NCBI GenBank assembly: GCA_001179505.1
Contig: CDMY01000311.1
Coordinates: 1 to 64,000 of the forward strand
Direction: 5' to 3'
DNA from: Vitrella brassicaformis CCMP3155
Taxonomy: Eukaryota; Protista; Chromerida
DNA: 64,000 bases
Both the position numbers and the translations under genes were made by a program. The notes below the pieces were generated by a model. The model was not told where the DNA came from. It was given only the letters and a program-made list of their open reading frames with translations, and did no database searches. Below, one piece after another: positions 1-10,579 of the stretch. The stretch's first letter is position 1. Each line of letters begins with the position of its first letter.

Positions 1-465
1 TGCCTGTGATCGTTACGATATTACTGTTTTCTGTCAGCTGTGAGTCTGCTCACAGCAGTAAACTGCTTGGATGGCGTAGGTTTCGTACGGTGGGTCGGTC
101 GGTCACTGCCCAAGGTGCGAGACGGTGTGTTTCATGGCCAATCGGCGTACATATGAGACAGACGTTCCAAGAAACATTCACGGCCGAACAGAGAACGACA
201 GAGGACCCAGACGGGCATGTAGAAGAGAACACAGGCAACACCATGACAAACACGTACAAAAAAACGTAAGGACACGCAACAGAAAGCATCGATTGTCAAC
301 AAGCCAAGACACCGAAGCATCTGGACATGCACATCGTATCAAATCACACGCAAAAAGGCGAGAACCTATCACCTGCACACAAACGCCACACACACACACA
401 CATCCACACACACCTCCCACACAGCGACGCCCCTCTCTCTCTCTCTCTCTCTTCTCTGTATGCAG

Positions 466-635
466 AGTTCAGCGACGCCATCGACGCAAACGACAAGGAC
501 GCCGTCCAGCTGTGGGCTGCTCTCGCCAAGGCTGATGACCAGTCGGCTCTGGGCAAGCTCCTCAAGAGCGTGGCCCCCAACAAACTCGACATCAAGAAGG
601 CCAAGGAGATCAAGAAGAAGCTGGACAAGAAGTGA
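466..635 (+). CDS. Terminal exon of a small hypothetical protein (..EFSDAIDANDKDAVQLWAALAK..KKLDKK*); upstream exon unresolved
   Basis: Acceptor tgcag at 461-465 after a CT tract, GC3-rich codons, stop at 633-635. The candidate donor gtaag at 266 does not give an in-phase start. Confidence 0.55.
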
Positions 636-1192
636 TTCCACACACACACACATATCTCCTCCCCGGTCATTTTGTGTTGACGCCCTGACCTGCCATCGTT
701 TTAGTCTGCACCTCCCGGCCACACCATACCTGCTCTGCCTCTTCATGCTTGCTCGTGCTGCGCTGTGCTGTGCTGTGCTTTGCTGTGCTGTGCTGTCTGC
801 TCGTCCTCGTGCCTGTTTCATGCTGCGTGCGTTCTCTGCCTGTGTTCTGCCTGTTCGTGTTCGTGCCTGCTTCACCACACCACACACACACACACAACTG
901 CATGACCTGTGATGCGCCGTGCCTTTTCTTTATTCAAGCCACTCACTCACCTTCATGCTGTTCCATGATGGGATGCTTCATGTATGTGGACACACCTCCC
1001 CATTCTCCTTAACAGCGCTGTCACCTGTGGGGGTCGTGCATCGCGCTCAGCTCGCTGGGCGCCTTACTTGTTACGGGGGGAGCGGTTTCACAGAATGTCC
1101 TAAGCGGCCTGACGGCCAAGTCCCATGTCTTTCACGCACAGTCAAACGACGACACGCAACAGGAATCACCCACGCGCCTTACTTGTTACAAA

Positions 1193-1986
1193 TTGCAAGC
1201 TCAAAAAGGAGAGGTGCCCAAGGAGTTCTTAGCTCGAGCTGATTGGTGTGCGGCGATGAAGGAGCTCGATAGGCCTGTCACCCTCCATACCGATGGCAGC
1301 GGGTGGAACAAGAAGGCGAAGCAAGTGAGCATCACCGCCTTTGACCTGTGTGCGCCAATTCATCGCACAGCACGCGGCGGGATGGGGATGAATGGCCCGT
1401 CAAGATAGATCTGGTGTGTTTTGTGCTTTTTGCAGTTGGTGCGTGGGACGACGAGGACGGCAATGAGGCCAATTGCGGCGATTTCAAAGTCTTCTTCGAA
1501 ACACAGAAGGGTAGGTAGTGGACACGTGTGCGTGCATGTCCATGGATCTGACGGCATGGCGTATGTGCGTCCGCGCGTGCGCCAGGCAAGCTCGGCACGT
1601 GGGATGTGGAGAAGCACGGCCTCATCTACAACGGTGGGCATGCGTGGGCGGGGTAGCGTGGGCAGGGGGGAGGGGAGGGATCCAGCCACATACAGAGAGA
1701 GAGAGCATGGATTGGATGGATGGATGCAGACAACCGTTTCCTGAAGGAGTTGAAGGCGTTTGTGACGAAGTTGATGGGCTCGGCGGCTGCCAACGACATC
1801 GACTACAGCGAGTCGGGCATGCAGGGTCAGCGGATGACTTCACACGGACGCCAGCATTGCATTGTGTATGCGTGTGCTGGGTGTGCAGGGGACGAGTTTG
1901 TGAGTCTGGATGCTGGCAAGGACTTCATCAAGGCATACCAGAAGTGGGAGGCCGGGGAGGCGGCCAGTAAGACCACTGGCACGTGA
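1193..1986 (+). CDS. Multi-exon hypothetical protein; start uncertain
   Basis: Coding-like segments EVPKEFLARADW.., GAWDDEDGNEANCGDFKVFFETQK, DNRFLKELKAFVTKL.. and DEFVSLDAGKDFIKAYQKW..* separated by GT-AG introns. Confidence 0.55.
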
Positions 1987-2474
1987 GGAGAGGGAAGGAG
2001 GGAATGGACTGTACATAAGGGAAGCCGTAGCCAGAGCTATCTGCCATATGGATGGGAGGGCCGCCGGCTGCACCGGGGTGGCTGTCGTCCTTTGTTAGCT
2101 CCAATGTGCAGTCAAGACAATTTTGCAGTGTGTGAGGTGTGGTGTGTCTGAGCGTGTGTCGTATGTGCCTGCCCCCGACAGTCGACACATTGCGAGTACT
2201 GCCTGCATAAGCAAAACACGTGAGTGACAAGACCTCCGCCCCCTTTCTGGCTGTGAATGCATTCGTGCTGCAAATGAAGGCGTTACACGGAAAATGGAGG
2301 GGGCCTTGGGGGCGAGCTCGCGCGTCTTTCCTCCGCAACGAATTTGAATGCCTTGCGGGTGTGACGGATAGACTCTCTTAAATCCTCCCCATCCATCGCT
2401 GCATTGTATCGATACCATTCACGGCCGGCGCCAGGCAGCCCTCCTCCTCACGCGAAGAGAGAGGTTAGAGCTCT

Positions 2475-5400
2475 ATGGCGGGCAAGTCGTCGGCCATATC
2501 GTCGATTCTCCACTTGGCGAAGGGTGAGAGGCGGGGTGTCAACACCTCTATCCTCGATGGCAGCGGGCTGCGGCTGGGGCAGGAGAGGAGGAACTTCAAC
2601 GCCTACATGGTCTATGAGTCACAGGTGGGCGAGGGCATGGACACCCGCACCAAGCAAGGCAACACACACGTGTGACGTGCATGCATGGCACCGATAAGCC
2701 ACATCTATCAACCATGAGTATGCGTGTGTTTCTGGCCCCGTGCGTCGTGGCTGCAGATGCGGAGGATTCTCCTCCGTTTGAAGGTGTTCCTCATCGGCTA
2801 TTCCATCTGCGTGGTCGCCATCGCCCTTGGCTGCGGCATCAAGGTGGTGCTGGACTCACAAGTACAGAGAGACGCCACTCAGGCCTTCGAACGGTCATAC
2901 GACCACTACTACGCCGCCTCTAATCTGCTCTCTAAGGGCCACGCCACGCACTTCAAGCTCATATCCACTTCCCCTCCCGAAGCACCGGCTGAGATGGCTG
3001 CCTTCTCCCTGCAGCTGCAGCGATTCAAGCAATTGGGGAGCCCGGCGGGGGAGGTGAGAGATTATGGGCAGGAGGGGGCGGCCGACAAGCTCAAGAAGGC
3101 CGATCCGTACCGGCAGCAGATGATCACCGTTGGCGAGGAGGTCCTGGTCATCTTCACCGCCACAAGTGGCGTCAACGATACATTTGGGGACGTGCGGCTG
3201 TCTCGCCAGAAGCTCGAGGAGATGGTGGCGGCGCAGACGTCTTATGAGAGCATTGTGAGCGGTGTAATAGCCGATTTGAAGGACGAGCTGGACGAGCGGT
3301 GGGAGACAATGGTGTCCCTGCCCATCGTCATGGTCTCTGTCCTGGGGGCACTCTCTGTCATATGCGCGCTGCCGCTATTCGGACTCTCAGGTGCGTCGAT
3401 GAGACACGCACCAAGGAATGGGAAACACACACACGCTCGATTTCTGTCTCCTCTCTTCTGTGTTGCGACTGACTGGTACACATGCAGGTTATCTGTCCAA
3501 CCTCTTCAACACGGCCTGGACGGTGGCCCAGCGGTCCGATGAGGAGCTGTCCCGAAAGCTCAAGAATCTCTACACCGTCGCCCACCTGGTGCTCACCGAG
3601 CGACTCCTCTCTCGCCTCATCGTCTGCGCAGGGGCGACGGCCCTCATCCACTCGGCATTCACCTGCCTCACCTCTCGAGAAGCGTCGCCCGGACCAGACG
3701 GAGAGAGAGGAAAGGACGCAAAGGGCAAGAGAAAGAGGGTTCCGACGGCGAAGCGACGTGCGGTGATAGGGAAGCTGATTCGGATGCTGGAGAACAACAT
3801 GCGGTATCTGCTGAGGTCGGTGCACTCGGCCGACGAGTACCTGATGGCGGAGGCCGATGTCATGGAAGTGAGCGGAGTCGGGAAGGAAGGAATGGATCAT
3901 AGAAGGGAAAACTCTCTTTGTGTTCTCAGCTTCATGCAGAGCACCTGGACCTGAGGTCATGCGTTGAGGAGTGCATCGAAGTAAATAGGAGACGCCATAT
4001 AAGATATGGATGTCAACAACCGAATCGTCCTTATCTGTCGTTCGCAGATATTCTACAATCGTGCAGCAGCCAAGGGCATTACTCTGTCCTGCACCTTCGG
4101 CCCCGGAGTGCCCTCTACCATCATAGCCGACGAAGGCAAACTCAGGCAAATACTCATCAAGGTCCGCCCGAAACTCCCATGCCCCGCACCCACACATCAC
4201 ACCGATATCTCTCTGGTCCATTTCTTTCTCAGCTGCTGTCCGGTGCCGTGGAGAACACCAATTCCGGCGGCGTAGACGTGTTTGTGGTGGTCAAGACAAT
4301 TTTGCCCCTCGACACGAGCGCCGATATTACCTCACGCCGGCCGTCGGCACTGGGCGGCTTTGGGTCCATCTTCGGCGGGTTCGACCTCGGCAGGGTCCTA
4401 GGGCTGCCCGTGTCGCTCTTCACCATGCCCCGTGCGGGCCAGAAGAAGCTGCTCGAGACGGGTCGGCTGCTCAACTACGTGATCCAGTTTGAAGTCAAGG
4501 ACACGGGCGAGGGGCTGCAGGACGCATCCGACATACTCGACCCAATGAGCCTCAAGCACAAGTACGTGTGTGTGGGCAGGAATGCAGAGCAGACAGAGGC
4601 ATGTGGAGAGACAAGAGAAGGAAATGCTCGGTGTGTTCTGTGTGCGTGTATCTATGTGTAGGGCTGGTGAGGGTCTGCGGCTGTTGGTGGCTGGCAAGAT
4701 GGCCCAGGTGATGGGCGGACAAATGGAGATCCTCTCCATACCCAGCAAGGGCACCATCACCAAGTCAGCAAACGGAAAAGGACGAGAGAGATAGATGGCT
4801 TGGCGAGCATGGTATTCTTTGTCTGTCTGTCAGTTTTTCGATCTCGGCCCAGGGTCGGTTCCAGCCCTCCGACTTCCACCCAGACCTTCCCACACTCCTC
4901 AACTTCGGCAAAGTGCCTCTGGTGCGGACGAAATAAAGCAAAGAGAAGAGGCAGCCATCTATCTCTTTCTTTGCACATGTCTCTGACATTCATGTGTACT
5001 TGTGTCAGTTGGTGACTCTGGGTCTGACGCCCTCATCCAAGGGCTACTTGACAAGCCTCTGTCAGGACCTGGGCCTCAACTGCCAGCACGCGGCGTGCGT
5101 CAACGAACTGCTCACCATCAGCGTCAAGGCAAAGAAAGATCCCCCCTCCGGAGAGCGCGTGGGCATGTGTCTCCATTTCTGGCTGGTTCAGGGTTACTTG
5201 TGTTGCGTGTTCATCGGGGATGTGGTTCAATACAAGGAGGGCCAGCCCGCCGACATCCTGGACATCCTGCAGTCCCACCTGCAAAAGCACCAGCAGCTGA
5301 ACAGATTGGGCACCAAAGACATGACGGTCGGCCGGGAAGCCAGCATACCCATCCTCAGGAAACAGGAGTCCATGCAGCTCTCCCAAAACACCGAATTCTC

Positions 5401-8400
5401 CAGGGTCATACTCTTCTCAAGGGTCAGTCAGATCAACGCCCCCCTTGCACCCTCCCCATCATCCTCCCAATACCAACACACACACACATGACTCCCCCTT
5501 GTCTCTTGCAGGAGTCAGCCTTGATTCAGGCAGGTGGTCAGCGCAGCTCAGTCATCGGCGCGTCTCTGTCCTACCCCGCCCGCGCCCCGTCGGCGAGCAG
5601 CGCCAACCTTTCTCCAGTTGCGACCAACGGCAAGGCTCAGGCGCAGCTGCCGCTGCCCCCACGGGCACCGTCGGGCGACTACGTGTACCGCGACCCCAAT
5701 ATGATCCCGAGCCCGCGGGAGAGCCCCATGCCGATGCACATCGACACCGAGGTGGCGGCCGCCAGGGTGCCTTCCAGGACAGGCAGCGTCAGACCCTCAA
5801 TGGCCACCGTGTTCAACCCTGAGGAGGTCGTGTGGTAACAAAAAGTGGTCTTGCGTGTCTGTCTGACGACCGATGGCTGGTCTGGTCTTTGTTGTGGTTG
5901 CTGGTTGTGCGCTTTGTAGGACGACGGAGCCGCTGCGGACAAAAGAGGTCATTGCGCTCATCATCAACGGATTCAAACCTGAAGTGTACGCACCCACCAC
6001 GCACTCTGCACCCCGCACTCTCCCTGGCCCTCTGTCTGTCCATCAGCTGGGCTGAGGCGGCCGCCTCGCCCAAGAAGGGCGGCGACAAGAACCACAAGAT
6101 TGCACCCAACAACGGCCTCCCCACCACCTTCGCAGACATCACAGCCGGCGGACAGGCGATGGAGGTCGTCGGCTCACCCAAGAGCGTCAGCTCATCGGGG
6201 AGGAGCCCACGCTCGCCCACCCACGGGGCCAAAGGGGTGATGGCTCAGGTGCAGCGGCTGTCCAAGGTGGAGCTGCTGGAGCTGGAGGACGAGACGGCGG
6301 CGAGGGTATTCGGCTCGCTCCTCACCCATGGATACCCCAGACACCTGGTGCCCTACCTCAATCTTGTCATCAAGTGAGGCAGCCAGTGGGCGGGGTGTCA
6401 CGATATGATCTTCTGACTTGTGTCTCCGTCGGTGTGCGCGTCAGGTCATTGAACGACACCTCTTGGCGGGCGAGTGCTGGCACCATCAACAGCGTCTGCT
6501 GCTCACAGGTCCGCCGTCCGCGCGCCAGTGCACCTCCCACCCCACGGGCATCCTGTCCTTGCTGCGTGTTCGCAGGCCAAGTTCGTGCCGTTCATTCCGG
6601 AGGAGGCGCTGCACCGTGAGGCGATAGAGGAGCTGGAGCACTATTACAGCGAGAAGGACAAGGGTGGCAGCCGTGACCTCGACGACATGTCCCAGTACGA
6701 GGATGTCGATGAGGATGCCGACGAAGAGGCCGAGGAGTCGCCTGCCAGCCAGACCGACCCCACAGAAAAAGACGACACCGCACTCCAGCAGCAGCAGCAC
6801 CAAGAGCCGCCTGAAGAAGAGCAGGAGTCCATTGAAAGAGACACAAGAAGTCGAGCTTCGTTCATGCTGTCCCGGTCGCGAAGACAGTCGCGTGCGTCGT
6901 TTCTGGGTACGGAGGATGACGGCACGACGACGCCGAGGTTCACCTGTACCAAGTATGAGGGCAAGATGCACGCGGCGCCAGTGCAGCCTGAGGAGGTGGG
7001 CGTGAGCCCCAAGCTGATGGCACGGATGAACTCGCCAAGCGTGACCAAACCTGCACGGCCGTCATCGGCTGCAGTGACGGTGAGCCAGAAATGAAGGAGA
7101 GCCGTGTGACTGACTGAAAGGGAGAACATGTATATGGATCCATGGGTACCCGTGTGTGGTGTGTAGTCTGTGTTGGAGATGGGTGGCGAATCGCTGGAGG
7201 AGTTCCTCAAGTGGGAGTGCGACATTCTCAGCTGGCCACTCGAAAAGACCGCCAGGACTGTGAGGTACGTCAATGCATTAAATGGCCTGACACGAACCAA
7301 TTTTTTAATGACACACACGCACATGTCTCACTTTCTCTGTCACACCCTCATGCTTCAGGCTCTTGCTGACGTCATTCAGGTAAGCTAAGCCGGCCTCTGC
7401 ACTGCCACACATGACTTTTTATGTGTATTGTGTGTCTGCATTACCTGCCTGCAGTGAGGAGGGTGGTTTGAAGACGAGCCGTTCGACGATCAGTTCGTTT
7501 GTGGCGACGATGGTGCACAACTACCACCACTCAAACTACTACCATAACTTCTGGCATGGCGTCTCAGTCGCGCAGGTAGGGATGTGAGTGAGACACAGAC
7601 ACACAAGTGTTTGGTGATTGAATGCGGCGGGTTGAACGAACAGGTGATGGCGATGTTTCTGACTGCTAGTGACCTCCGGCCGATCTATAACGGCGTCGAC
7701 AAGTTCGCACTCGCCATCGCTTGTATGGTCAATGGCAATGGCACTCACTCAGCACATAGCAAAGGGACGCGGCGTGACATGACGTGTCTCTCTCCCTCCC
7801 TCCCTGCTGCGGATTTTCAGCGTTGGGTCACGACACTGACCATCCCGGGGTGTCCAATCGCTACCTCACAAGTGCTTGCAGGTAGGTACCGAGAGGGTTG
7901 CAATCATTGCAATGATGGCAACCCGAGAGAGAGACAATGGCTGAGTTGTCCTGTGTGTGCAGTTTTGTGGCTCGTCTGTACAATGATGCCTCGGTGCTCG
8001 AGAACCACCACTCGGCCCTCCTGTTTGAAGTGCTCGCGTAGGCAACCACACCACACCACACCACACACCCCCGTACCTACCGTGCTTTGCCTTGGCTGCA
8101 TGGCTGCTTCTTGAATTGCGTGATGGCAGTCGCGAGGAGTCCGACGTGTTCAATGCGTTGCGCGACAACAGCCACGCCCCTTTGCACTCGCGAGTGGGGA
8201 GCGGCGACAAGGGCGGCAGCACCGTGATGGTCACCTGGCCGATGCTCAGGAAACGAATCGTCAACGCCATCCTCGCAACAGACATGGCCAAACACTTCGA
8301 CATCGTCAAAGACCTCAAGGAAATCAAAGCTGCCGTAAGACAGTCAGACACACACTATGAGACAGACAGACGGCCGCGTGCACTTGTGGTGTGTCTGTCC

Positions 8401-9487
8401 ATGTGTGTGTGTGTGTGTGTGTGTGTGTTTAGGAGATGCGTGGCGAGGAGGGTCGTCCGACGATCACTGGCGTCAGTGACGTCTACCAGCTGTATGAAAT
8501 GTCGCTGATGCACGCAGCCGACATCTCCAACCCAACACTGCCCTTCTACCTATACCGGGAATGGGCCGTGAGAATCGTTGCTGAGTTCCACGCACAGGTT
8601 CGCACGCGCCATCAAACACACACGTGCCTCGTGAATGTGCGTGTCAATCAATGGGTGTGTGTGTGTGTGTGATAGAATTTGCTGGAGGCTGGTGAGCATC
8701 TGCCGGTGTCGATGCCGATGGTCAAGGGCATCACTGAGCTCGACGTCGCCAACTCACAAGTCGGATTCATCGGTAGGTACACATCACATCGGACAGACAG
8801 ACAGACAGACACTCACACACCACACCTACAAAGAGACAGAGAGAGCACCGAGAGCTCTGTGGATCAGATCACGTCTCACTCACTCATTTGACTTACTTCA
8901 GATTTCATCTGTCTGCCGTTATTCTCGGCGCTGACTGCCATCTTCCCCGTCGGCCTCACACCCAGACTCGCACTCATGGAGGAAAACAGGTATGTGGGTG
9001 TATGATTCACAACAGGCAGGCGCACGCTCTTTCGTGTCTCATCTCTCAATGAAAGGATTCATGACGCCATCACGCCAACAGGGACCGTTGGAAGCAGATT
9101 CGCGATAACCTGGCGGCCACACAGAAGACATTCAAGCACCGCACTAGCACCGAACACCACCAACAGCCACAGCCACAGCCACAACTACAACAGCAGCAGC
9201 AGTCGGCGTCCCCCCGCCAGTCCAAGGTTCACATCCCCCCACCCACAGCACCGGAACCCTCGCCCTCGCCGCCACCACAGCCGGCGCAGGAGGCGCCACT
9301 CACTCTGCCGCTCAACACGCCCGAGCAGCCGTCGGATGCTGCCGCAGAGGACGAGAGCGAGACACGTCATCAAGAGGAGCCAAATGAAGGTCATGAGCCA
9401 GGGGGTGAGGGGGAGAGAGAGGCCAATGGCGGCGAAAGGGAAGACCGTGGCAACGGCAACGGGGGGGAAGGGGAGGGGACGGAATGA
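2475..9487 (+). CDS. Class I cyclic nucleotide phosphodiesterase with N-terminal TM-sensor-TM, degenerate histidine-kinase (HisKA/HATPase-like) and receiver-like regions; many exons
   Basis: PDE motifs across exons: YHNFWHG (~7540), GHDTDHPGVSN (~7825-7860), VLENHH (~7995), ILATDMAKHF (~8270), HAADISNP (~8510), EFHAQ, SQVGFI, NRDRWKQI. HATPase-like: ADEGKLRQILIK|LLSGAVENT, FEVKDTGEGL, QVMGGQMEILSIPSKGT. Two hydrophobic helices at ~2780-2850 and ~3310-3390. Stop TGA at 9485-9487. Confidence 0.9.
8335..8432 (+). repeat. Representative intron microsatellites: GACA/CA repeats in the 5' half, (GT)n in the 3' half
   Basis: gtaagacagtcagacacacac..gacagacagac..gtgtgtctgtc..(gt)n ttag; similar tracts occur in most introns of the window. 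Confidence 0.85.
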
Positions 9488-10579
9488 CATTGGCCATCTT
9501 GTGAGGGTTTGGTTTGTCACACATCGTCTTTGACTTCGCTCGGTGAGGTTTCTTGTGGGACACATGCGGCATGTGGGCGGTTTCTCTTTCTTCTTCTTCT
9601 TCTTTGGCGGGCTGGGCTGGCCTTTGTTTGTCTCAGCCGGCCCGGTGTGTGCGTGTAGGTGTACTTGCTGTACGTGTGGATGGGGTTGGGTTCATGGATG
9701 GACAGACAGACATGCTTTATTTTGCCAACGCTCGCGGAGGGTATAGGGCGTGGGTGGGTGGGTGTTGCTGGTTGCTAACAGGGGAAACTCACTCCCACAT
9801 TATTTATTATCATGAATGAAAGGCATGGCATGAGCAATAGGTCAACCAAGCTACATCACATTGAGACAACTTGACAAATGATCCACCCATCCGTCCATCC
9901 GTCCATATCCCACACATGTACACGCGCACACATCACATGCATCACGTCCATGTCATACACGGCACGGCACGCAGCAAGAGTGAGTGACTAGCTGGGCTAG
10001 CTACACCTGACGTACTGACATCCTCACCAGATAGGTACCTGCAGTGCTGGGTGGGTGTTGTGGACACAAAACATTCACTCATGAGTGGCGTGCAAGCAGA
10101 GAACAAGAAGAAAGAGAGAAGACACCCGACACCATTATGACACACACACGCACATGCGCGGCCACTGACGGCATGTGCGTGGTGGGGGCGGGATGTCGGG
10201 GAGTCTCCATCACCTGCGAGACGGCCATTGAATCGTAGCCTGCGGCCGGTAAAAGGGCGCAGCGGCGATTCATCGGCCATCTCCCGTAGGGACACAGAGC
10301 CCCCCACACCATTCCCAGCCCTCGCCCATCCCATCAGCTGGGGCAAAACTCTCGTCACCAATCAACCAATCAAGACATTTCCTTGCACCCGTGTATGCAG
10401 CCAGCCATGCATCACCCCTCTGCACAACAGACAGCGCCGCCCTCTGTATCTATACGACGGACGGACGGATGAGCTAGCTAGCTACAGACGTACACGCACA
10501 GACAGTCACGCCTGTCGGTTCTTCTTGCTCGCAGACCTCGTCGCCTGACACGTTCACACACACGGTCACAAATGGATCC

